A stretch of DNA of 64,000 nucleotides from an uncultured Actinomycetes bacterium (GTDB lineage Bacteria > Actinomycetota > Actinomycetes > S36-B12 > UBA10799): the NCBI GenBank assembly GCA_964547485.1, contig CAZJNU010000006.1:1863-65862 (forward strand), written 5' to 3'. Shown here piece after piece: positions 50,701 to 58,429 of the stretch (position 1 is the stretch's first letter; every line of letters starts with the position of its first letter). Below the pieces are notes generated by a model. That model was given only the letters and a program-made list of their open reading frames with translations, had not been told where the DNA came from and did no database searches. The position numbers were made by a program, and so were the translations under genes.

Positions 50701-51438
50701 GGTTTGTTCGCCGAAGGTCTGCGGGCTGGCCGGAGGAAGGTCCGCGTACCAGTCGTAGAACGAAACGTGCGCACCACCTGTGAGGGCCATGTAGCGCGAA
50801 CCGGACGCGTAGGACACAGGTGACATGGCCGGCAGGGGGGTGAACGCTGCGGCCCGATCGGGGCCATGGACTTTGATCGTGTGGACATGGGCGGCGGCGG
50901 TGATCTGCACCGCCTCGTGATACGTCGCCCGCATCAGCCCACCCCGGCCGCGCTCGCCCTTGTAGCGGGCTACCAACTCGGTATCCGCCTGGATGGCTGA
51001 CCATCGTTCGACCGGATCGGGGTGACTGTCCGCCATCGAGCGCCAGGACCGCAGCAGCGCGCCGCGAACGTAGGGGAAGCGCACTCGCGCTGGGCTATAG
51101 ACGTACCAAGAAAAGGAAGCCCCCCGAGGGCAGCCGCGCGGCTCATGGTCGGGGACCCCAGGTGGGGTCTGCGGATAGTCGGTCTGCTGCGTCTCCCAGG
51201 AAATGATTCCATCGCGGACGTACACCTTCCATGAACAGGAACCAGTGCAGTTCACGCCGTGCGTGGACCGGACCTCCTTGTCATGGCGCCATCGGTCGCG
51301 ATAGAACTCTTCCCACGAGCTGGGGTCCTCCCGGTCGACGCTTCGTGCGTCGGAACTGACCGTTCCCTTGGTCAGGTGGCGCAGTCCCGGCGGCATCAGC
51401 GGGTCGGCGCCGTGCGCCTGCGAGCGGGGTCCGGACAT
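47767..51438 (-). CDS. narG: respiratory nitrate reductase alpha subunit
   Basis: HGVNCTGSCSWKVYVRDGIISWETQQTDYP N-terminal Fe-S motif, 1223 aa. Confidence 0.97.
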   Translation of the reverse strand: MSGPRSQAHGADPLMPPGLRHLTKGTVSSDARSVDREDPSSWEEFYRDRWRHDKEVRSTHGVNCTGSCSWKVYVRDGIISWETQQTDYPQTPPGVPDHEPRGCPRGASFSWYVYSPARVRFPYVRGALLRSWRSMADSHPDPVERWSAIQADTELVARYKGERGRGGLMRATYHEAVQITAAAHVHTIKVHGPDRAAAFTPLPAMSPVSYASGSRYMALTGGAHVSFYDWYADLPPASPQTFGEQTDVAEARDWWNSSYVLVWGSNVPVTRTPDAHFLAESRYHGEKVVVVAPDYAEHAKFADHWLPVAPGSDGALAMAMGHVVLKEFHVDRQSPYFTEYCRTFTDLPFLVRLAESPRGGYVPDRMMTVSDLGEQPELAAFRPVIFDEATATIVSPPGVMAAKYADSDRGTWNLRLDDLVPAMSMAKHGTGTAEVLFPRFDQEPAGVVRRGVPVIDVDGVPVTTVFDLMLAHYGVERPDMPGTWPTGYEDATEPYTPAWQEDITGIDAALCIRIAREFATAAEKTEGRAMAIMGAGINHWFNSDTVYRSILTLLITCGTVGRNGGGMNHYVGQEAIRPFGGWVTLSHALDWSAPPRQCNGTAYYYTATDQWRYEVWQADDLASPLGDGRFEGRSFMDCLNVAVRLGWQVTYPTFAANPLDLADEARALGKEPAEHVVDRLADGSLRFSVEDPDDPVNFPRLLMVWRSNILGGSGKGHEFFIRHLLGGAANADASETEPDRRPQEVIWRDQAPIGKLDLLVNFDFRMTSTANFADVVFPAATWYEKFDLSCTDLHPFVHSFNKAIDPPWESRSDWDAFSAIAESFSELAAKHLGVRQDIVAVSIAHDSAGELSVPHGRVDDWRVSGSRPIPGVNAPKLVVVERDYAAVHAKWQALGPRVETAGVTAKDYHSVPTEQVAWLAEKNGTVATGPAAGRPQLTTDQHCAEAMLALSGATNGAVALDLWRDAESVSGLDLTDLVAGQSDIRITWDDVSQRPQQVINSPDWTGDVSAQKAYTGYAVNVAKALPWRTLTGRISFFLDHEWMKEYGEMLPIYRPPLNMMAKYSQVHDLDEGSIAVRYLTPHSKWSIHSEYQDDLLMLTLFRGGPTVWVSVEDAAEIGLRDGEWAEVWNRNGVIDGVAAVSPRMPKGLVYVYHAKDRQVQTPLTERTGRRGGTENSLTRALLKPTHMIGGYGQLSYGFNYYGCTGSQRDEVAVLRRRSQEVQY

Positions 51439-51547
51439 GCAGTCCTCCTGGGGAAAGGCACCTGGGCGCCGATCGGGACTCGATCGCCCTCAGCGGGCCG
51501 CGACGCCGCGGAACTTGGACATCGTAGCCATTTATTACACTTGTGTC

Positions 51548-52732
51548 GTGAATAATGTGCCCGATTCGGATCAGGCCTACGATTGGACCCCAACGGACGC
51601 CGGAGAAGACCCGCTCCGGAACTACGAAGCGTTGCGGGAGCGGTGCCCGGTGGCGCATAGTGAAGCCCAAGGTTGGTCATTGCTGAGGCATGCCGATGCA
51701 CTCGCGGCCTTGCACGACCCGGCGACGTTTAGCTCACAGGTGTCGACCCACGTGGCTGTCCCCAACGGGATGGATGGGGCGGAACACGCAGCGTTCCGGG
51801 CGATCGTCGACCGGTGCTTCACCCCGGAGCGAGTGGCGGCATTCGCTCCGCAGTTGCGAGGAATCGCCCAATCGCTGGTGGCGGACCTGCCTGGGACTGC
51901 TGGCCTGACCGTTGAGGTGATGGATGGGCTGGCAGAGCCCTACGCGGCCCGTGCCCAGTGCGCGTACTTGGGCTGGTCGACGAGTGTCGCCGAGGATTTG
52001 CGGGCGTGGGCCATCGAATCGCGGTTGGCGACCCGGAGTCGGGACCGCGACGAGCTCGACCGAGTAGCCCGCAGATTCGACCACATCATCGTCGCGGAAC
52101 TCGACCGGGCTCGTGCTCAGAGCGCTGCCACGCCGCCGTCGTTGACCCACCAGCTATTGGCTGAACGAGTGAACGGTCGACCGCTGACCGACGAGGAACT
52201 GGTCAGTATCGTTCGGAATTGGACCGCGGGGGAGTTGGGCACGATCTCGGCCGCTGTCGGCATCACGGTGGCATTCCTGGCTCGTCACCGCGACGTGCAG
52301 GACATGCTGCGCGCCCAGCCGAATCTGCGGCAGGCGGCCATTGATGAGATGCTGCGACTGGAACCACCGCTCTTGTCCAACCGGCGGCGGACCACCCGAA
52401 CCGCGCTGGTCGCGGGCCGGTCCATCCCCGCAGAAGAGCCTGTGACGATCCTGTGGCCGGCGGTGCAGCACGACCCGACCGTATTTCCCGAGCCGAGTGA
52501 GTTCCGGCCTGATCGTGACGCAGCCCACAATCTGCTCTACGGCCGTGGTGTGCACTACTGCCCAGGGGAGGGCCTGGCGAGGCTGGAACTCGAGATTGCG
52601 CTGGACACCCTACTTATGCAGCGGCCCGGGTTCCGGGTGGCTGCCGCGCCGGTCCGGGCGATCCCGCCCGCTGGCGGGTTCGCCGAGGTGCAAGTCACGT
52701 GGGTACCGTCCCAGCGCAACCCCAATTCATAG
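51548..52732 (+). CDS. cytochrome P450
   Basis: ExxR (EMLRLEPP) and heme loop YGRGVHYCPGEGLA. The start was chosen downstream of the divergent narG start and is uncertain (51545-51557). Confidence 0.85.
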   Translation: MNNVPDSDQAYDWTPTDAGEDPLRNYEALRERCPVAHSEAQGWSLLRHADALAALHDPATFSSQVSTHVAVPNGMDGAEHAAFRAIVDRCFTPERVAAFAPQLRGIAQSLVADLPGTAGLTVEVMDGLAEPYAARAQCAYLGWSTSVAEDLRAWAIESRLATRSRDRDELDRVARRFDHIIVAELDRARAQSAATPPSLTHQLLAERVNGRPLTDEELVSIVRNWTAGELGTISAAVGITVAFLARHRDVQDMLRAQPNLRQAAIDEMLRLEPPLLSNRRRTTRTALVAGRSIPAEEPVTILWPAVQHDPTVFPEPSEFRPDRDAAHNLLYGRGVHYCPGEGLARLELEIALDTLLMQRPGFRVAAAPVRAIPPAGGFAEVQVTWVPSQRNPNS

Positions 52733-52866
52733 GCGCCCGACGCAAATCCTGGGCGGGAGTGGTGTCGGTGACGTCGCCGAGTGGGACTCACCCCGACGCG
52801 GTGCGGCGCCTGAGGAGGGCTAGCCTCAGAAGAGAGGGATGAGCCATCTGATTTCGCCGAAAGAAG

Positions 52867-53541
52867 GTGCTGACGATGCCTGCAGTTGCCACCGCCTCGC
52901 AGAGCGAGCCAGGAGCAGCGGAAGTACCGAACTCCGGCTTCTTCGCCCGCGCGAACGTAGCCTGGCAGGTGACCGGCGGCTGTCTGCTCGCCCCGATCCT
53001 GATCACTGTCCTGGTCATGGCCCGGTTCCAGGACTGGGACATTCCCACCTACACGTGGCTGTTGTGGCTGCAACTACCGATTTTCATGCTGCACGAGTTC
53101 GAGGAGTATGTGCTGCCTGGCGGCTTCAAATCCTTCTTCAACCATGACACGGTTTTCGCCTCACCCGAGCCGGGCGACAACACGCCCCTGGATGACGGTT
53201 ACGTCTTCTTCGTCAACATTGTCATCGCCTGGGGGTGGGCGATCCTCGGCGCCCTGCTGGCGCCAGTCGCGCCCTGGGTCGGGCTCGGCCTAGTGCTGTG
53301 GAATGTGGGCATCAACTGCGTCCAGCACACGGTGATCTTCCAGATCCGACACGAGGGCTACAACCCGGGGCTGATCACGACGATGATCCTGCTGCTGCCG
53401 TACAGCACGTTTATCATCTTCTACGTCATCCAGAACGGCATCCTGTCACCGCTCGACTGGGTGCTCGCTGCGCTGTTGGGAATCGGGGTCGTCGCCGCGT
53501 TGGTCGCAGTCACCACCGTGAAACGCAAACGGGCGGCGTAA
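52867..53541 (+). CDS. HXXEE-domain membrane protein
   Basis: LPIFMLHEFEEYVLPGGF motif and several hydrophobic helices. Confidence 0.68.
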   Translation: MLTMPAVATASQSEPGAAEVPNSGFFARANVAWQVTGGCLLAPILITVLVMARFQDWDIPTYTWLLWLQLPIFMLHEFEEYVLPGGFKSFFNHDTVFASPEPGDNTPLDDGYVFFVNIVIAWGWAILGALLAPVAPWVGLGLVLWNVGINCVQHTVIFQIRHEGYNPGLITTMILLLPYSTFIIFYVIQNGILSPLDWVLAALLGIGVVAALVAVTTVKRKRAA

Positions 53542-53602
53542 CCGCTGGTGGAAGCACCGCAGAGGATCGGGCGTTCGCGGCCAGACTCTCGAACCGAGTA
53601 CA

Positions 53603-53630
53603 CATTGGCGGCCATATATGGCCGCCAATG
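53603..53630. repeat. 28-bp perfect palindrome
   Basis: CATTGGCGGCCATATATGGCCGCCAATG, between convergent genes. Confidence 0.95.
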
Positions 53631-53808
53631 CCCGATCCTCTGCACTCATGGCCGCGAGTGCCCGATTTAGTCGCGGTTGGCTTGGTGAGGGGAGCGGTTG
53701 CGCTCCGGAATTGTTGAAAGTGTCATAATATGCATTATCGGTCACTTTCAGGTGGACCCCAGCGGTCCATCTCTCTGCGGAGAACGGGTATGCCGTCGAA
53801 AACTGACC

Positions 53809-54687
53809 TCAGTCCACTAGTTGGAGTTGCGGCTCCGGTGCGCGGCGAATGGTGATGTCCCCGCCGGCGGTGCGGGCATGCACCTCGACGGTGGAGTCCG
53901 ACGCCTCGGGTCCAGCTGCGGCTGCGAGACCGTTGCGGACCGAGCCGTACCGGGCTGACACCTCCAGCCAGGCGGCGACACCTTCGAGAACGCCGATGTC
54001 GATCGCGCCAGCGCCGGTGCGCGCGGTGACGGAACCGTCCGACACCTCGGCGATGCGGATATCACCCATCGCAGACACGGCGCTGAGCGACGTCAGGGCA
54101 CGTCCGATGGTGATGTCACCGCAGGCAGCTCGTATGTGTGCGTAGCGACCGCACTCGTCGATCTCCACCGAGCCGTTGGAATTCTTGACCGTGGCCGTCC
54201 CCGCGAGAACTCCCAGTCGCAGCGATCCGGAACTGGTTGTCACCTTCGCATCGCCCGCAACGCGATCCACGGTGACGTCCCCGAGGCCGGACTTTGCTGT
54301 CAAGGCGCCCACCCGATCCAGCCGGATGTCGCCCATCCCCGTCCTTGCACTCGTGTCGGCTAGTTCGCCCTCGGTGTGAACAAGCCCCATTCCGGTTGTG
54401 GCCTTCAGCGAGGAGGCGGTAGGAAGGTCGACTTCGACAGCAAGGAATCCGTCACGCTTGGTGGCTCCGGCAAGTCGCTGCCACGATTTGCCCGTCCTGA
54501 TCACCAGCGTGTTGTTGGTGAATTCGACGAATGCGGCCGCGGCGGCTTGGATGTCGGCCGGCCTGTCCTTGTCCCGTGGACGGATTGACACCGTGCAATC
54601 GCCACGATCGCTGGCATTGACTCTGATGTCACCGACCCGTAGTTCGATGACGGCAGCAATTGGGCCTGGACTTTGGAAGGTCTGCAT
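53809..54687 (-). CDS. DUF4097-type beta-strand repeat protein
   Basis: Repeated GD(I/V)(T/R)(I/V/L) strands (GDIRVNA, GDIRLDR, GDVTVDR, GSLRLG, GDITIGR, GDIRIAE, GDITIRR). Confidence 0.72.
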   Translation of the reverse strand: MQTFQSPGPIAAVIELRVGDIRVNASDRGDCTVSIRPRDKDRPADIQAAAAAFVEFTNNTLVIRTGKSWQRLAGATKRDGFLAVEVDLPTASSLKATTGMGLVHTEGELADTSARTGMGDIRLDRVGALTAKSGLGDVTVDRVAGDAKVTTSSGSLRLGVLAGTATVKNSNGSVEIDECGRYAHIRAACGDITIGRALTSLSAVSAMGDIRIAEVSDGSVTARTGAGAIDIGVLEGVAAWLEVSARYGSVRNGLAAAAGPEASDSTVEVHARTAGGDITIRRAPEPQLQLVD

Positions 54688-54726
54688 CTTGGGTACCTCG
54701 GAATCAAATGGGTGTCGACGAGTGGA

Positions 54727-55239
54727 CTAGCGGACCCAGCCGGTGAACGACTGGCCTTGGCCAGGAACTGCTGGCTGTGGTCTGGCGCTGCCTGAGTCGC
54801 CGGCGGTGGCGGCAGTGAGGGCCCGTACGAGCCAGGCATTGACCGAGAGCGCCTCGCGACCGGCGGCTTCCTCAACCCGGGTCTTGAGTGCCTCTGAGAG
54901 TCGAAGTGTGATGCGCGCGGTGCCACCGTCGTCGGACTCGCGAGCTGCTGACCGCGCGACGGGATCGGTCACCTGGCCCGGTGGTGCTGACTGGTCTATC
55001 GGCACAGTCACCGCGAACTCTGGGTCGCGGCCGTGAAGTCTGACCTCGACCGAGCCAGGTGCCAAGTCGAGCGTGATTTCGGCCGCGGCCGCCGAGATGG
55101 CCTCCAACAGCGAGAGCCGCACCGCCGAGTCAATGCCGGCGGTCATCCGCTCAGCAACGACTCGAGCGTCCGATCCATCCTCCCCCGCGGTACGAAGGAG
55201 CTGTTCGCGGACGTCGTCAACAAGTGGCTGAAGGTCCAT
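54727..55239 (-). CDS. protein with C-terminal ribbon-helix-helix-like DNA-binding segment
   Basis: C-terminal ARITLRLSEALKTRVEEAAGREALSVNAWLVRAL (RHH pattern). Upstream of the DUF4097 gene. Confidence 0.55.
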   Translation of the reverse strand: MDLQPLVDDVREQLLRTAGEDGSDARVVAERMTAGIDSAVRLSLLEAISAAAAEITLDLAPGSVEVRLHGRDPEFAVTVPIDQSAPPGQVTDPVARSAARESDDGGTARITLRLSEALKTRVEEAAGREALSVNAWLVRALTAATAGDSGSARPQPAVPGQGQSFTGWVR

Positions 55240-55247
55240 GACATCAG

Positions 55248-55289
55248 TATGACGTCATACCGATGTCAATGTCAACGTCCATGACGTCA
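55248..55289. promoter_or_regulatory. two TGACGTCA palindromic boxes upstream of the RHH gene (candidate operator)
   Basis: TATGACGTCATA at 55248-55259 and ATGACGTCA at 55281-55289. They lie 9-50 nt upstream of the start codon at 55239 (minus strand). Confidence 0.5.
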
Positions 55290-55349
55290 CTCGGTGTCAG
55301 AGGCGGTGGGCCCGGGAAACCAAGCGGTCGGGTCGACCGCCACCGCCCA

Positions 55350-56882
55350 TCACTGGGACGGCTTGGCCATCGGTTCGCGCTGCCCTGGGCACAGTCCTTC
55401 CTGCGGCGACTTCACAGATCCATCAGGCATGATCGTGTTGCAGTATTGGGCGCCGGCAAAGTTCGTGCCGGTCAGTGTCGCGCCGGTCAGATCCGCGTTG
55501 GCCAGGTTCGCTCCCTGCAGATCCGCATTCGACAGGTTCAGCCCGATGGCGTTGGAATCAGAGAGGTTGACCCCGGACATTTTCGCGCCAGTCAGGTCAG
55601 CGCCGATGAGGTCCCCGAAGCTGAAATTGGCGCCAGTGAGATCGGCTCCCCTCATGTTGGCCAACGCCGCCGAGGCAAACGTCCATTGGGTGTTAGGAAG
55701 TTGCGACTCGCTCAAATTCGACGATGTGACCGCACCACTGACAAAGGTCGCTCCCGCGGCGCTCGCACCCGCCAAGTTCGATAGCGCGAGCGAAATGTCC
55801 AGGCCCTGTACCCCGGTGAGGTTGGCCTTGGTCAGGTCGGATTGTCCCAGCAGCACACCGGTGAGGTTCTGGCCGCTGAAGTCCACATTCGGGCACTTCG
55901 TCTGCTGCACCAGCAGGCAGCCGGCAAGTGTCGAACCATACTGTTGCGCCGGTGTTGCGTTGGCCTGCGACTGCGCCCCTTGGAAGAATGGCTCCGCAGG
56001 CGACATCGTGATCGTCGAATTCGGCGGTCCGAACTCCGGTGCCCCAGCGCAGGGCTCGTCTTGTGCGCCACGGACCGAGCCATCCGGCATCAAAGTGTTG
56101 CAGTACTTCGCCCCCTCCCAATTGGCCCCGGTCGCCTTCGCCCCGACAAAATCCGATTCGCTGAGATCCGCGCCGGAGAAGTCAGCACCACTCATGTCCG
56201 CACCCGAGAAGACGCCACCGCGAACTATTGCCTTCTTCAGGGACGCGCCCTGAAGGTTCGCAGACACAAACGAGGAGTCCACAACGGTGGCGTCATCAAG
56301 CACGGCGTTGGACAGGTTGACTTCAGATGCGTCGTTGAGCACCATTTTTGCGCGGGTGAGGTCAGCTCCCGACAGGTTGGTGCGCACCAGCGACGTACCG
56401 GAGAGGTCGACGTCAGTTCCGGTGACCTTGGCAAAGTCGGCAAAGGCAATCGAACCCACCTTCAGATTGGCCTTGCTTATGTTCGCCTGCGGGAACTGCG
56501 AATATGAAAGAAACGCTCCTTGCAGACTCTGCCCCGAGAGGTCGGCACCCGGGCACTTCGAGTAACTGGCGATGATGCAACCCGCGACCTTGCTGCCGGA
56601 TTGCACCTGCTCGCCCTGGTAGGTCACCTGCATCAGGTAGTACGGGTTGGTCGACGTCACCGTGATGGACTCGGGACTGGTCGAGGTCGCCGGGCTGGAG
56701 GCTCCGCCGGATCCGGCCGAGGGCCCTGAAGTTGACTGCGATGAACAGCCAGCGAGCATCAAGGTGAGAACTGTCCCAGCAGCAGCCGCTGCCAGGAGGC
56801 GTTGTATCTGCATGGGCACGGATCGTAGTGGGAATCCAGCCGCGATACTCCCCCGCGGTGACTTAAGTGCTACTGCGCCCAC
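55350..56882 (-). CDS. secreted pentapeptide-repeat lipoprotein, internally duplicated
   Basis: Lipobox LAGC|S. There are two long runs of A(D/N)LxG-type pentapeptides. Each run is preceded by a CxxxxxxxC segment and followed by AQYCNT(L/I)MPDGSV. Confidence 0.88.
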   Translation of the reverse strand: MGAVALKSPRGSIAAGFPLRSVPMQIQRLLAAAAAGTVLTLMLAGCSSQSTSGPSAGSGGASSPATSTSPESITVTSTNPYYLMQVTYQGEQVQSGSKVAGCIIASYSKCPGADLSGQSLQGAFLSYSQFPQANISKANLKVGSIAFADFAKVTGTDVDLSGTSLVRTNLSGADLTRAKMVLNDASEVNLSNAVLDDATVVDSSFVSANLQGASLKKAIVRGGVFSGADMSGADFSGADLSESDFVGAKATGANWEGAKYCNTLMPDGSVRGAQDEPCAGAPEFGPPNSTITMSPAEPFFQGAQSQANATPAQQYGSTLAGCLLVQQTKCPNVDFSGQNLTGVLLGQSDLTKANLTGVQGLDISLALSNLAGASAAGATFVSGAVTSSNLSESQLPNTQWTFASAALANMRGADLTGANFSFGDLIGADLTGAKMSGVNLSDSNAIGLNLSNADLQGANLANADLTGATLTGTNFAGAQYCNTIMPDGSVKSPQEGLCPGQREPMAKPSQ

Positions 56883-56921
56883 GGTTCCGCGTCGTCGGCG
56901 AGCTCCCCCTGTTCGCGGAGG

Positions 56922-57515
56922 CTAGCCGTTCTCCGATGGCGAACTGGCATCTTCAAGCGGACTACGTGCCTCCAGCGGGATACCGGACGCGTTCACGACT
57001 CGGCACACGCAGCTGTAATGACCAAGCGTCACCAGTAGCGCCATTGCCCCCTTGTCACCGAAGCGGTCCAGCAACTCAGAGCGGGTGGCGTCGGAGATAG
57101 TGGCTTCTGCCTCCATCTCATCGGCGATCCGGCACACAAAGTTGGCGTCACCGTCAAGGGAAGTGACCGGCTCTGGATCCAGAATCGCCATCAACTCCGA
57201 ATCCGATATGCCGTGCTTCCGCGCCATTGCGGTGTGCTGGAAGAGTTCATACGACGCGTGCGTGCGAGCCCCGTACCGACAGATTGCGATCTCGCGCAGT
57301 CGAGGGTCGAAATCGGTTTGGTAGATGCCCGCGACAAGAGCCATCCAGGGCTCGAGACACTCCGGTGCGAGAGTCAGCAGCCGAATGATGTTCAGGCCTG
57401 GCAATTCGGCCAGCCTGGCCGCCAGCTCGACGGGGAGCTCACTATCGGACGGAAGCGGAATTGATGTCATGACTCTCTCTCCTGCCTTCACCTTCAGTCC
57501 ACGATGGCCGATCAA
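56922..57515 (-). CDS. carboxymuconolactone decarboxylase (AhpD-like) family protein
   Basis: Helical CMD-type pattern (LREIAICRYGARTHASYELFQH). Overlaps the upstream patatin gene stop. Confidence 0.75.
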   Translation of the reverse strand: MIGHRGLKVKAGERVMTSIPLPSDSELPVELAARLAELPGLNIIRLLTLAPECLEPWMALVAGIYQTDFDPRLREIAICRYGARTHASYELFQHTAMARKHGISDSELMAILDPEPVTSLDGDANFVCRIADEMEAEATISDATRSELLDRFGDKGAMALLVTLGHYSCVCRVVNASGIPLEARSPLEDASSPSENG

Positions 57516-58429
57516 CGCATGACCGCCGACAACCGCCTATCCAACCGCACCTCGTCGGCGCTGGTATAGACACCAGGTTCGGTGATCGACGCCCAACGCT
57601 GAGCAAGGGCGGCCAGTTGCTCCTTCGCATTCTGCCGTCCTGCCTCAATCCGCTCGTCGGTCTGGTCCCAGCTGACCCACCCCGGTTCGGCACAGGAGAG
57701 GACCACGACCGGGACCGAAGCCGCAGCTCGCCCGGTATCCAACGATGCCTTGGTGTCGAGCTGATGCCGGATGGCCTCCAAAGTGACCTGGTACCAATGA
57801 CGTGCCGGACTGGGGTCCGCCCGATGCGTCGGCCTGCCGGTGTCGGCGACTACCAACGATGCAGCGCCGGCCGCGATCGCCTGCAATACCGGCACCGGGG
57901 CGACGAATCCGCCGTCGATGATCACCTCCCCGTCGGCGATGACCGGGTTCGCCAACACGGGATGCCCGGCAGCGGCCAGCAGGGCATCCACTATTGGGCC
58001 GGTCGACAGCGGCACGGCCGTTTGTCTACTGAGGTTGGTCGCCACCAGGATGCAGCCGGAGCCGTCGAGGGCTGTCGCACCAAAGACGGGGTCCAGCACC
58101 GCATGCCAGGCCTTACTCACCCGCGGACTGGCGCTGCTGGCAGCAGCTGCGGCCAGTCGGGACCAGCCGGGTCGCGCAGCTTTGCTGGCGCCGATCGCCC
58201 GCCAGAGGTCCGCCGCCATCGCCGGGACGTCACCGCCCGGATCGGTCCCGGCTGCCAGCGCGAACACGGCCGCGGTGACGGCGCCGCCGGAGGATCCCAC
58301 CACCAGGTCAGGTCGCCAGCCACCGGACAGCAGCGGCATCAGCATCCCCGCCTGGGCCACGCAGTTCTGTTCGCCGACACCGAGCACCAGCGCAACTGGT
58401 GTGGGCAGGGTGCTGAGCAATCCAGTCAC
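57512..58429 (-). CDS. patatin-like phospholipase family protein (degenerate glycine-rich loop)
   Basis: GSSGG nucleophile elbow and IIDGGF Asp-Gly dyad. The oxyanion loop reads LGVGEQN rather than GGGxxG. Confidence 0.75.
   Translation of the reverse strand: MTGLLSTLPTPVALVLGVGEQNCVAQAGMLMPLLSGGWRPDLVVGSSGGAVTAAVFALAAGTDPGGDVPAMAADLWRAIGASKAARPGWSRLAAAAASSASPRVSKAWHAVLDPVFGATALDGSGCILVATNLSRQTAVPLSTGPIVDALLAAAGHPVLANPVIADGEVIIDGGFVAPVPVLQAIAAGAASLVVADTGRPTHRADPSPARHWYQVTLEAIRHQLDTKASLDTGRAAASVPVVVLSCAEPGWVSWDQTDERIEAGRQNAKEQLAALAQRWASITEPGVYTSADEVRLDRRLSAVMR

Noticed and set aside
49588-50823. 411-aa plus-strand ORF inside narG
   Set aside because: It is antisense to an unambiguous narG reading frame and has no domain-like motifs.
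55294-56253. 319-aa plus-strand ORF opposite the pentapeptide-repeat gene
   Set aside because: The repeat periodicity of the real gene keeps the antisense frame open. The minus-strand product has the signal peptide and canonical pentapeptide pattern.
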